Source: an uncultured Gemmatimonadales bacterium (GTDB lineage: Bacteria; Gemmatimonadota; Gemmatimonadetes; Gemmatimonadales; GWC2-71-9). From it: a DNA stretch of 64,000 bases. How positions within the stretch are numbered: position 1 is the first letter of the stretch; the number at the start of each line of letters is the position of its first letter. This document shows positions 9,151 through 17,729 of this stretch, piece by piece. Where the stretch lies: positions 1,596,845-1,660,844 of the forward strand of contig CAVZZO010000001.1 in NCBI GenBank assembly GCA_963779755.1, read 5' to 3'. The notes beneath the pieces are model-generated. The model ran no database searches. It was not told the DNA's origin and saw nothing but the letters and a program-made list of their open reading frames with translations. A program made the translations under genes and the position numbers.

Positions 9151-11403
9151 ATGCCTCCCCGCATGGAAGTCCGGCTGAGCCGCGAGATGCGGCTCATCGA
9201 CATCACCATGATCGGGGTCGGCGCCATGATCGGCGCCGGCATCTTCGTGCTTACCGGCATCGCCGCCGGTGTGGCCGGTCCTGCCCTCATCCTGGTCTTT
9301 CTGCTGAACGGGGTGGTGGCGGCGCTCACCGCCATGGCCTACGCCGAGCTGGGCAGCGCCTTCCACGACGCGGGGGGCGGCTATCTCTGGGTCAAGCACG
9401 CCCTCCCCGATCCCAACGGTTTCCTGAGCGGCTGGATGAGCTGGTTCGCCCACGCGGTGGCCTGCTCGCTCTATGCCCTGGGCTTCGGCGCCTACTTCCG
9501 GCTGGTGCTCACGGCCTTTCATGTGCCCGAGTTCCAGCTCGGCTTCATGACGCTGGAGAAATGGCTGGCGGCGGCCACCGTGGTGCTGTTCGCCTGGATC
9601 AACTACCGCGGCGCCAGCGAAACGGGCAAGGCCGGCAACGTGGTGACGATCGGCAAGGTCGCCATCATCCTGGCCCTGATCGTCGCCGGACTGGCGGTCA
9701 TGTTCGGCCGGCCCGACTGGCAGGCGGCCTTCCACCCATTTGTTTCCCACGGCTGGAGCAGCGTGTTCGTGGCCATGGGGCTCACGTTCATCGCCTTCGA
9801 AGGCTATGAGATCATCGCCCAGACCAGCGAGGAGGTGCAGGACCCAAAGCGCAATGTTCCCCGGGCGATGTTCCTCTCGCTGCTCATCGTGGTGCCGATC
9901 TACCTGCTGGTCGCCTGGGTCGCCGTCGGCGCCACGATCCCGCCGGCGGGCATGGAGATCACGCAGTACCTGGGCCAGCAGAAGGAGATCGCGCTGGTGC
10001 GCGCGGCCGACCAGTTCGTGCGGGGCGGGGGGGTGATCCTGATGGTGGGCGGCCTGCTCTCTACCCTTTCGGCGCTCAACGCCACCATCTACAGCAGTTC
10101 GCGGGTGGCGTTCGCGATGGCACGCGACGCCAACCTGCCGCCGGCGCTGGGCGAGGTGCATGAGCGGCGCGCCACGCCGCACTACGCCATCGCCGTCTCG
10201 GCCGTCATCATCCTGGTGATGGCCGTGGCTCTGCCCATCGAGGCGGTGGCCGCGGCGGCGGACATCATGTTCCTGCTGCTGTTCATGCAGGTGAACGTGG
10301 CCGTCGTCCGGCTGCGCAAGCAGCGGCCCGATCTGGACCGGGGCTTTACCGTCCCCTTCCTGCCGCTCACGCCCATCCTGGCCATCGTCACCATGGCCTT
10401 CCTGGCGTTCTTCCTGCTGCGGCACTATCCCCTGGCCCTGATCTCCACCGCGATATGGGTCGCCCTGGGCCTGGTGCTGTACTACACCTACAGCCGCAAG
10501 CGCGAGGCGGCGTTCGTGGAGCGGGAAGAGTGGATGGAGCGGATCGAGCGCAAGGAGTACCGGGTGCTGGTGGCGCTGGCTAATCCGCAGAGCGTCGCCT
10601 CGCTGCTGGAGGCGGCCCTGGCCATCGCCCAGTTCCACAACGGCGAAATCGTCGCCCTGGCGGTGGCGGAGGTGCCGGAAGGCGAGAGCCTGATGGCGGG
10701 GCGCAAGCGCGCCCGCGCGCTGGAGCCGCTGCTGAACCAGGCAATGCAGTACGCGGCGGACAAGGGCTGCGGCGTGCTGCCGGTGGTGCGGATCGCCCAC
10801 CGGGTGAGCCAGGGCATTCTCGAGACGGTGCGGGAAGAAGAATGCAACTTCCTGGTGATGGGCCGTCCCGACACCCAGTCCGTCTTCGAGAAGCTGGTCG
10901 CCTCGGTCACCGAGCTGGTGCTGCGCGATGCGCCCTGCCAGGTCGGTGTGGTCTTCGGCACCCTCCGTCCCTCGCAGCTGAACGGCGTGCTGCTGCCGGT
11001 CACTACGGGTGATAATTCGCTCCTGGCGGCGAGCCTGGCGCCGGCCTTCGCCGCCCGCTATGGCGGCCGCTTCCGCGCGGTCACCGTGGTGGAACGGGGC
11101 GCGGAGGATGAGGACGTTGAAACGCAGACCGCCGAGGCCCGGGCCACGCTGGACGAAGCGGGGCTCGAAGTCGAGCTGGAGGTCCTGCGCCGGCGCGAGG
11201 TTGGCCGGGGGCTCGCCTTTGCCGCGCGCCGCGGCGAGCTGGTGCTGATGGGCGCTCCGCGTGGCGGGCCGGTGGCCGCCATACTGGGCGCCTCGGTGCC
11301 GGATACCGTGGCGCGCCGGGGCCGCAACCCGGTCGTCGTGGTCCGGGAAGTGGAAGAGCATCGTGCCCGCCGGTTCGAGCGGGTCTTCTTCGCAAGGAGC
11401 TGA
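9151..11403 (+). CDS. APC-superfamily amino-acid/polyamine permease fused to tandem universal stress protein (Usp) domains
   Basis: 12-TM permease N-terminal half (IGAMIGAGIF). C-terminal half carries two Usp-like repeats (YRVLVALANP..., GVLLPVTTGDNS...). Confidence 0.85.
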   Translation: MPPRMEVRLSREMRLIDITMIGVGAMIGAGIFVLTGIAAGVAGPALILVFLLNGVVAALTAMAYAELGSAFHDAGGGYLWVKHALPDPNGFLSGWMSWFAHAVACSLYALGFGAYFRLVLTAFHVPEFQLGFMTLEKWLAAATVVLFAWINYRGASETGKAGNVVTIGKVAIILALIVAGLAVMFGRPDWQAAFHPFVSHGWSSVFVAMGLTFIAFEGYEIIAQTSEEVQDPKRNVPRAMFLSLLIVVPIYLLVAWVAVGATIPPAGMEITQYLGQQKEIALVRAADQFVRGGGVILMVGGLLSTLSALNATIYSSSRVAFAMARDANLPPALGEVHERRATPHYAIAVSAVIILVMAVALPIEAVAAAADIMFLLLFMQVNVAVVRLRKQRPDLDRGFTVPFLPLTPILAIVTMAFLAFFLLRHYPLALISTAIWVALGLVLYYTYSRKREAAFVEREEWMERIERKEYRVLVALANPQSVASLLEAALAIAQFHNGEIVALAVAEVPEGESLMAGRKRARALEPLLNQAMQYAADKGCGVLPVVRIAHRVSQGILETVREEECNFLVMGRPDTQSVFEKLVASVTELVLRDAPCQVGVVFGTLRPSQLNGVLLPVTTGDNSLLAASLAPAFAARYGGRFRAVTVVERGAEDEDVETQTAEARATLDEAGLEVELEVLRRREVGRGLAFAARRGELVLMGAPRGGPVAAILGASVPDTVARRGRNPVVVVREVEEHRARRFERVFFARS

Positions 11404-11410
11404 CCACCTC

Positions 11411-12076
11411 ATGCAAGATCAGTCGCTGCGTCCCATTCAGGGGTTCATGGACCGGCTGGCCGACTATCTCCCCATCCTGGTGGCGGGCCTGCTGGTGCTG
11501 GTGGTGGGGCTGCTGGTGGGCTGGGTGGTGAAGCGCGCGGTGGTGCGCATCCTGGTGTGGCTTCGGCTGGACCGGCTGGGCGGCCGCTTCGGCTGGCGGG
11601 CCGCCTTCGGCAAGGGAGATGTCCGCGCCGCCATCTACGACGTGATCGGGGCCGCGGCGATGATCGTGGTGGTGCTGATCTTTCTGGACAACGCGCTGCA
11701 GATCTGGGGGCTGGTGGTGCTCTCCCGGATGGTGGACAACGCGGTCTTCTACCTGCCCAACCTGGCGCTGGCGGGGCTGATCGTGCTGGTGGGCGTCGTC
11801 CTGGCCAACCTGCTGGCCACCCGGGCCGAGGACGCGCTGGATGAGGAAGAGTTCGCCCATGCGCGCCTGGTGGGGAAGATCCTCAAGGGCGCCCTGCTCT
11901 CGGTGGTGGGGGCGTTGGCGCTGTGGCAGCTCAACTTCGCCCGGCAGATCGTGATGGCGGCGTTCCTCATCGGCTTCGGCGCGGTGGGGGTCGCCTTCGC
12001 TATCGCGGCCGGCCTGGGCTCGGCCAAGGCGATCGCGCGCGGGTGGGATTCGCTGTTCGAGAAGAAGGAGGAGTAG
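11411..12076 (+). CDS. Polytopic membrane protein of the conserved TM-helix-repeat type, paralog 2
   Basis: ATG at 11411 within the 11261..12076 ORF. Architecture matches 6882..7553. Confidence 0.7.
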   Translation: MQDQSLRPIQGFMDRLADYLPILVAGLLVLVVGLLVGWVVKRAVVRILVWLRLDRLGGRFGWRAAFGKGDVRAAIYDVIGAAAMIVVVLIFLDNALQIWGLVVLSRMVDNAVFYLPNLALAGLIVLVGVVLANLLATRAEDALDEEEFAHARLVGKILKGALLSVVGALALWQLNFARQIVMAAFLIGFGAVGVAFAIAAGLGSAKAIARGWDSLFEKKEE

Positions 12077-12102
12077 GTGCGAGGGCGTGAGGAACCGCCG
12101 GG

Positions 12103-12259
12103 CACCGCGAAGGCGCGAAGAGCGCAAAGGTGTTGTTCTGTTTTTCCCAAGGCGACCTCCGAGTGTGACCGGTGCTTACAACAGATCGCTTAGCCCAATG
12201 GATGCACGCAAAGAAACAGTTCCTTGGCGCCCTTCGCGTTCTTCGCGCCTTCGCGGTTG
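12103..12259. repeat. Hairpin element of about 155 nt with CGCGAAGG-rich inverted arms (copy D)
   Basis: A perfect 18-bp stem: ACCGCGAAGGCGCGAAGA (12104-12121) pairs with TCTTCGCGCCTTCGCGGT (12240-12257). The lower-GC centre contains TAGCCCAATGGA, which is related to the reverse complement of the centre of copy C. Confidence 0.85.
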
Positions 12260-12288
12260 AAACCCAGCCCTTGAGGAAGGAGGAATAG

Positions 12289-13440
12289 ATGGGCATCGGC
12301 ACGGTCGTCCGGCAGGTCCGGCTGCCCGGCATCTTCCGCAAGCGGCATCCCCCGGTGGGGGCCAGTCCGGGCACGCTCATGGTTTCGCCCGAGGCGCTGC
12401 CCCCCTCCATCCGGGTGTACGACTACGGCCTCGATCATCTGGACGAGCGGGAGATCACCGACGTGGAGCAGCTGCTGCCCTACGCCACGCCTCGCAGCAC
12501 CATCTGGGTGGATGTGCAGGGCCTGGGCGACGAGGCGATGCTGCGCCGCATCGGCCAGATCTTCAGCCTCCACCCGCTGGCACTGGAGGACGCGGTGAAC
12601 GTCCCGCAGCGGCCCAAGACCGAAGCCTACGACCAGCATCAGCTCTTCATTACCCGGATGGTGCGCTGCTCCGGCCGGGGGTATGAATCGGAGCAGGTGA
12701 GCCTGTTCATCGGCCGCGGCTACCTGCTCACCCTGCAGGAGAAGCATGGTGACGTGTTCGACCCGGTACGCAAGCGGCTGCGCTCGGGGCAGGGGCTCAT
12801 GCGCGGCTCGGGCCCCGACTACCTGGCCTACGCCCTGATCGACACCGTGGTAGACGGATACTACCCCGTGCTGGAAACGCTGGGCGACCGGCTGCAGGAG
12901 CTGGAGGAGATCGCCTTCAGCCGGCCCAGTCCCGGCGTGCTGCAGCAGATCCACGGGGTGCGCCGCGAACTGCTGGGCCTGCGCCGGGCCATCTGGCCGC
13001 AGCGGGAGGCCATCAACACCCTGGTGCGCGACGAGAGCACCCTGGTGAGCACCACCGTGCGCATGTACCTGCGCGACGCCCACGACCATGCCATGCAGAT
13101 CGTGGACGTGATCGAAACCTACCGCGAGCTGGCGGCCAGCCTCATGGATCTGTATCTCTCCGGCCTGAGCCAGCGTACCAACGAAGTCATGAAGGTGCTC
13201 ACCATCATGGCCAGCATCTTCATTCCGCTGACGTTTATCGCCGGGGTCTATGGCATGAACTTCGAGTACATGCCGGAGCTGCACCGGCGCTGGGGGTATC
13301 CCATCGTCTGGGCCATCATGATCGTGACCGCGGGGTTCATGGTGTGGAGCTTCTGGAAGCGCGGGTGGATCGGTGAGGAGGGGGTCAGGAGTCAGGAATC
13401 GGGGATGCGGGGGGATGCCGCGTCCGGTCCGGGCGCCTGA
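12289..13440 (+). CDS. corA: CorA magnesium/cobalt transporter
   Basis: YGMNFEYMPEL (GMN motif) followed by two C-terminal TM helices. An unusual 22-aa tail is encoded by heptamer-repeat DNA. Confidence 0.9.
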   Translation: MGIGTVVRQVRLPGIFRKRHPPVGASPGTLMVSPEALPPSIRVYDYGLDHLDEREITDVEQLLPYATPRSTIWVDVQGLGDEAMLRRIGQIFSLHPLALEDAVNVPQRPKTEAYDQHQLFITRMVRCSGRGYESEQVSLFIGRGYLLTLQEKHGDVFDPVRKRLRSGQGLMRGSGPDYLAYALIDTVVDGYYPVLETLGDRLQELEEIAFSRPSPGVLQQIHGVRRELLGLRRAIWPQREAINTLVRDESTLVSTTVRMYLRDAHDHAMQIVDVIETYRELAASLMDLYLSGLSQRTNEVMKVLTIMASIFIPLTFIAGVYGMNFEYMPELHRRWGYPIVWAIMIVTAGFMVWSFWKRGWIGEEGVRSQESGMRGDAASGPGA

Positions 13441-13464
13441 TGGGCCGGACTTCGTCCTCGTGTT

Positions 13465-13532
13465 CCTGACTCCCTGATTCCCGTTTCCCGTTTCCCGATT
13501 CCCGATTCCCGATTCCCGATTCCCGATTCCCC
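13465..13532. repeat. Tandem heptamers CCTGACT, CCCTGAT, TCCCGTT x2, TCCCGAT x5
   Basis: Read directly from the sequence. Ends 5 nt before the ATG at 13538. Partly complementary to GGAGTCAGGAA at 13388-13398, inside the corA 3' end. Confidence 0.9.
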
Positions 13533-13537
13533 TATCC

Positions 13538-14575
13538 ATGCGCATCGCCGTCACATTTGATACGCCCTACCCCAACTGGGCCCCGGACCAGCACGCCCGG
13601 CAGATGGCCCTGGAGGTCGCCGGCTGGGTGCAGGACGAGCCGGAGATGGAATACCAGGTGGCCGACGCCCTCACCGAGGCGGGGCACGAAGTGCTGCTGG
13701 CGGGGGTGCATGACGATCTCCAGCCGATGATCGACATGCTGGAGGCGTACCGGCCCGAGCTGGTCTTCAACGCCACCGAGAGCTTTCACGGCAACGCCAA
13801 GCTCGACTACCTGGTGCCGGCGGTGCTGGAGAGCGAAGGCCATCATTACACCGGCTCGCCGCCGCTGGCTCTGCTGGTGACCCGCAACAAGGCCATGAGC
13901 AAGAAGATCCTGGCGTGGCACGGGATCAACGTCCCCGGGTTCGTGACCTGGCGGCCCCACGAGGAGATCACCGGGCCCGGGTCGCTCCGGTTCCCGCTCA
14001 TCGTGAAGCCGCTCCAGTCCGACGCGTCGCAGGGCATCGCGCACGCCTCGGTGGTGCGGGACCAAGACGCGCTGGTCGAGCGGGTAGGGTTCATTCACGA
14101 GCGGTTCGGCCAGCCCGCCATCGCCGAGGAATTCATCGAGGGCCGGGAGCTGTACGTCAGCATCATCGGCAACGACGAAGACCTCGAGCTGCTGCCCATC
14201 ACCGAGATGGTCTTCGACAAGGGCAAGACCAAGCCCGAGGAGCGGATCGCCACCCAGTTCGCCAAGTGGGACGAGCCCTACCGGGAGCGGCGCGGCATCA
14301 AGAACGTCTTTGCCCGGCCTATCAGCAAGGCTGCCCGGGCCACCATCGAGGAGACCTGCCGCAGCGCCTACCGGGCGCTCTGGCTGCGGGACTACGCCCG
14401 GCTGGACGTGCGGCTCACCGCCAGCGGCGAAGTCTGGTTCATCGAAGCCAACGCGAATCCCTTCATCAGCTATGGCCACGACGTGGCGACGGCGGCGGAG
14501 AAGGCGGGCATGGACTACACGGCATTCATCAGCCGGATCGTGCGGGAAGCCGAGGGCCGCCGTGGCCACGCGTAG
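13538..14575 (+). CDS. ATP-grasp ligase of the D-Ala-D-Ala ligase/RimK-like family
   Basis: FPLIVKPLQSDASQGI, DVRLTASGEVWFIEANANP and a typical ATP-grasp layout. Confidence 0.8.
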   Translation: MRIAVTFDTPYPNWAPDQHARQMALEVAGWVQDEPEMEYQVADALTEAGHEVLLAGVHDDLQPMIDMLEAYRPELVFNATESFHGNAKLDYLVPAVLESEGHHYTGSPPLALLVTRNKAMSKKILAWHGINVPGFVTWRPHEEITGPGSLRFPLIVKPLQSDASQGIAHASVVRDQDALVERVGFIHERFGQPAIAEEFIEGRELYVSIIGNDEDLELLPITEMVFDKGKTKPEERIATQFAKWDEPYRERRGIKNVFARPISKAARATIEETCRSAYRALWLRDYARLDVRLTASGEVWFIEANANPFISYGHDVATAAEKAGMDYTAFISRIVREAEGRRGHA

Positions 14576-15578
14576 GCGGCGGCGGGAGCCGTATCCCACG
14601 CCGGAGCTGCGCTGTGTCTGCGGCAACCCGCTGGAGCGCTACTGGCCCTTCTGTCCCCACTGCGGGCGGGCCCAGCGTTGGGGCGACACCAGCCAGGTGA
14701 CCGGCGCCGAATGTTATCGCTGCGGCTGGATGGTCTCCGACAAGTCCAGCTTCTGCCCCTGGTGCGGTGCCGACATCCAGGAGGAGGGGGTGAGCAGTGA
14801 GGAGCCGCTCAAGGCGCCCAAGGGCTTCCGGATGGACGCCCGCTGCGACTGGGGCTGCGGCGGCGGAGTGCAGTATCCCATGCCGTATTGTCCCTGGTGC
14901 GGCCGGCCGCAGGAGTGGGAGCAGGAAGACGAGGATCGCTTCGAGGGGACCTGCCCTCACTGCGCCCGCGGGGTGGACGACTGGATGAATCATTGCCCCT
15001 GGTGCGGACGGGACGCCACCGGGCGGGACCTGATCCCCCGGGCCCTCACCCGCGTGCGGCGGCTCCTGGCGGTGAGCCGGATCAGCGACTGGGGCTATCG
15101 GGTGCTGCTGCGGCCGGGGATCAGTGGCGTGGACCCGCGCTATCCCAAGGTGGTGGAGATCGAGCAGCGCTACGTGGTAGGCAAGCGCCGCCGCGACGAA
15201 ATCCCCTGGACCCTGCTGGTGGGGCTCATCACCCACGAGCTGGGCCACAGCTTCCTCTATCATCACTGGGCGTTCACCCGCACGCCGCGCTTCCGCCGCG
15301 CCTTCGGCGAGGTGGACAAGGCGTACGGGGGGATGGACGACACCTGGGTCTATTTTCAGCGCAAGCGGGTGGCGATCGCGCCGGTGAATCATGTCACCGC
15401 CTACGCCGCCAGGCATCCGCAGGAAGATTTTGCGGAGACCTTCCGGTTCTATGTCACGCGCCGGGGCCGGTTGCGGGAGTTGTTCAGCGAGCTGGGCACC
15501 AAGCGGAAGGGTGTCGTGGTGTACGAGAAGTTCCTCGTGCTGCATGACTTCGTGCGGAAACTGCGGGGGTGGGGATAA
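14562..15578 (+). CDS. Four tandem zinc ribbons fused to a putative HExxH zinc metallopeptidase
   Basis: Four units of CxxC...CP(H/W)CGR, then LITHELGHSF and HPQEDFAETF. The only in-frame start after the upstream gene body is GTG 14562, which overlaps the ATP-grasp stop. The 14310 ORF start lies inside the previous gene. Confidence 0.7.
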   Translation: MATRRRRREPYPTPELRCVCGNPLERYWPFCPHCGRAQRWGDTSQVTGAECYRCGWMVSDKSSFCPWCGADIQEEGVSSEEPLKAPKGFRMDARCDWGCGGGVQYPMPYCPWCGRPQEWEQEDEDRFEGTCPHCARGVDDWMNHCPWCGRDATGRDLIPRALTRVRRLLAVSRISDWGYRVLLRPGISGVDPRYPKVVEIEQRYVVGKRRRDEIPWTLLVGLITHELGHSFLYHHWAFTRTPRFRRAFGEVDKAYGGMDDTWVYFQRKRVAIAPVNHVTAYAARHPQEDFAETFRFYVTRRGRLRELFSELGTKRKGVVVYEKFLVLHDFVRKLRGWG

Positions 15579-15588
15579 GACCGAAAAA

Positions 15589-15624
15589 AGGACTGGGGAC
15601 TGAATAGCCTCAGTCCCCAATCCT
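15589..15624. terminator. Hairpin AGGACTGGGGACTGA-atagcc-TCAGTCCCCAATCCT between convergent genes
   Basis: Perfect 9-bp core (15595-15603 with 15610-15618) plus a 4-bp extension. Both arms are made of heptamers. Confidence 0.6.
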
Positions 15625-15647
15625 CAATCCTCGGTGCTCAGTTCCCT

Positions 15648-17072
15648 TTACTCTACCGCGCTCAGCGCATTCACGAATCCCCGCCCGTAGTAGTCATCCA
15701 CACCCGGTTTCCCCAGGTCGTCGGCCGACCGCTGCAGGGCGGCGCGGACCTGCGCCGGGAACATGTGCCCGCCGTTCTTCTCAATGATGAGCGCGGCAAC
15801 CCCAGCCACGTGCGGCGCCGCCATGCTGGTGCCTTCGGCGAAGTAGTACGCGTCGTTCACCGGCACCCCGCTTCCCGGGCTCAGGACGAAATCGAAGACA
15901 AAGAGCGGCAGCGGATAAGCCGCGTCGTTCCCACCCGGAGCCGCCAGGGTGATGGCGGACTGTCCGTAATTGGTGTAGGTGGCGGGACTGGTGTAGTTGG
16001 TCGCCCCGTAGGCGAAGCCGATGGGGCCGGTCGCCGAGACCGCGATCACGCCCGGCGACTGGGCCGGCACCGAGATCAGGTTGGCCGTGTGATCGAGGTC
16101 GGCAAAATCGTTGCCTGCCGAGGCGATGACCGTGGTCCCCTGCTGATAGGCGTAGATGGTCGCCCGGCCGATGGCGTTCGCCAGGCGGGCCGCCCCGCTG
16201 CCCTGTCGAGGGAAGAGCGCGCCCAGGCTCATGTTGATGATATTGGCGCCGGCGCCGCCCTGGGCGATCGGGGTGGCGGCGTAGAGGATGCCTGCAATGA
16301 TCCACGAGAAGCTGCCGCTGCCGCCGTCCAGCACTTTCACGCTGACGATGGTGGCCCCAGGCGCAACGCCGATAGTGCCGACGCCGTTATCCGCGGCGGC
16401 GACGATGCCGGCCACATGGACCGCATGCCAGAAGGCGCCGGCACCGGAGGCATCTTCGTCGAAGTTCTTGCCGGGAACGAACGACGCCGAGTGGGCCACG
16501 TCGACGCGGGAGGCGAGGTCGATGTGATTGGGGTTCATCCCGCCGTCCAGGATCGCGACCCGCACGCCCGTGCCCCGGGCTCCGAGATCCCAGGCTTCCG
16601 GCGCATGGATGGACTGGGGCGCCCACTGGTAGGCGAAGAAGGGCTCGTCATCGCCGATGCTGGTGCCGGAGGGCGGAACCGGCGCCGCTGCGGACTGGAA
16701 GTTCTTCATGGCGGGGTCCAGCCACTGGACCATCTGGTCGGGATCCACCGACTGCAATCCGGGGATCCTGGCCGCCCTGGCCGCAAAGGCCGGGTCGCTC
16801 GACTGGGCGGTGGCGGCTCCGATCTGGGGCCAGCTGGTGGTGAGCGTACCGCCGGCGGCGGCGACCCTGGCGGCCAGGTTGGCCGGGAGGCTGGTGGCGC
16901 TGCTGGCAATGAGGATATAGCTGGTAGCGCCGGTGGCGGTGGTGGCAAACCTGGGCGCCGCGGCGACCGGCGCCTGGACCGCCGGCTGGCTGGGCGCGGT
17001 GCCCTCGCCGGCGCAGGCGGCGAGCCCCGCCAGCGCGGCGAGGGTAAAGAGCCTGGTAACGGGGTGCTTCAT
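15648..17072 (-). CDS. Secreted subtilisin-like serine protease (S8), lipoprotein signal
   Basis: Lipobox LAAC. Catalytic motifs VAILDGG, HAVHVAGIVAA and GTSMAAPHVAG. Confidence 0.9.
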   Translation of the reverse strand: MKHPVTRLFTLAALAGLAACAGEGTAPSQPAVQAPVAAAPRFATTATGATSYILIASSATSLPANLAARVAAAGGTLTTSWPQIGAATAQSSDPAFAARAARIPGLQSVDPDQMVQWLDPAMKNFQSAAAPVPPSGTSIGDDEPFFAYQWAPQSIHAPEAWDLGARGTGVRVAILDGGMNPNHIDLASRVDVAHSASFVPGKNFDEDASGAGAFWHAVHVAGIVAAADNGVGTIGVAPGATIVSVKVLDGGSGSFSWIIAGILYAATPIAQGGAGANIINMSLGALFPRQGSGAARLANAIGRATIYAYQQGTTVIASAGNDFADLDHTANLISVPAQSPGVIAVSATGPIGFAYGATNYTSPATYTNYGQSAITLAAPGGNDAAYPLPLFVFDFVLSPGSGVPVNDAYYFAEGTSMAAPHVAGVAALIIEKNGGHMFPAQVRAALQRSADDLGKPGVDDYYGRGFVNALSAVE

Positions 17073-17570
17073 CGGGTCCTCCAGGGGGTGGAAGGAACGA
17101 CAATGCGCGCGGGGAGGGGCGGCGCGGGTTACTGGGGTACTCCGGTTTGTGTCTCCGTCCTGCGGCGTTGCGGCCAGATGCGGGGTGGGGAAGTCAATAT
17201 TGGAGCCGGGACACGAAGGCGCAACCGGGGGGACCGGTCGAGCCCGGGCCAGCCCGCCGTTGACCGGTCGAGCCCGACCCGCCGCCGCACCTCCCGGTCG
17301 AAGGTCGAACCCCGCCCCACCGCGCCACCGCCCGGTCGAAGGTCCGAGGGAACTTCCACATACGGGTACGAGGGGCTAGGTTTCCGCTCCCACGGCTGAA
17401 GCCGAGTCTCGGGGGTTTATCACTCAAGTGCAGAGCAAGCATTCGGCCGCGGAGTGGTGGGGTGGGAAGGGGTTTGACTGAGGGTGGAGTTGGAGAAGTA
17501 GTGGGCGAGGAGTCTGGAAGACGGACGAAGCAACCCTGCCGTCTTGCCGTCCTGCCGCCTTGCCGTCTTC

Positions 17571-17706
17571 CGGGACGTAGCGCAGTCCGGTAGCGCACCT
17601 GAATGGGGTTGACGCCCCCCCTCAGCCCGTCCCAACCGCGTCCGCTCCGCCGGCGAGGGTACGCCGGCTCCGCGTCAGGGGGCTCGCGGGTTCCCCGCGA
17701 CCCAAC
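17571..17706 (+). pseudogene. tRNA-Pro pseudogene: exact 5' half, 64-nt insertion, degenerate 3' half
   Basis: 17571-17610 is identical to 17730-17769 of the intact tRNA. After the insertion, 17675-17706 (TCAGGGGGCTCGCGGGTTCCCCGCGACCC) resembles the anticodon-stem 3' strand and T-arm, but with a truncated T-loop and a non-matching acceptor strand. Confidence 0.5.
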
Positions 17707-17729
17707 TAGCATGTGGGCAGTGAAAGATC

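Noticed and set aside
9142-11412. 756-aa minus-strand ORF
   Set aside because: It is antisense to the APC permease-Usp gene, has no motifs and shows typical high-GC shadow-ORF composition. The same reasoning applies to 52148..54379 (antisense to the kinase), 40503..42611 (antisense to the histidine kinase), 19050..20393, 21564..23303 and 1719..3188.
12103-12259. Mg2+ (M-box-like) riboswitch upstream of corA
   Set aside because: A related element with the same arms lies at 6728-6878, next to unrelated genes. Both copies sit directly 3' of TM-helix genes. I could not recognise M-box conserved features.
14310-14561. Upstream part of the 422-aa ORF for the zinc-ribbon peptidase
   Set aside because: It lies entirely within the ATP-grasp gene in another frame and translates to Pro/Arg/Ala-rich sequence. 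The start is placed at GTG 14562.
17611-17674. Intron (group I or archaeal-type) inside a tRNA-Pro gene
   Set aside because: 64 nt is far too short for a group I intron. Bacteria lack the BHB splicing machinery. The downstream 3' half is degenerate, with a truncated T-loop and a mismatched acceptor strand. An intact copy follows, so a pseudogene is more likely.
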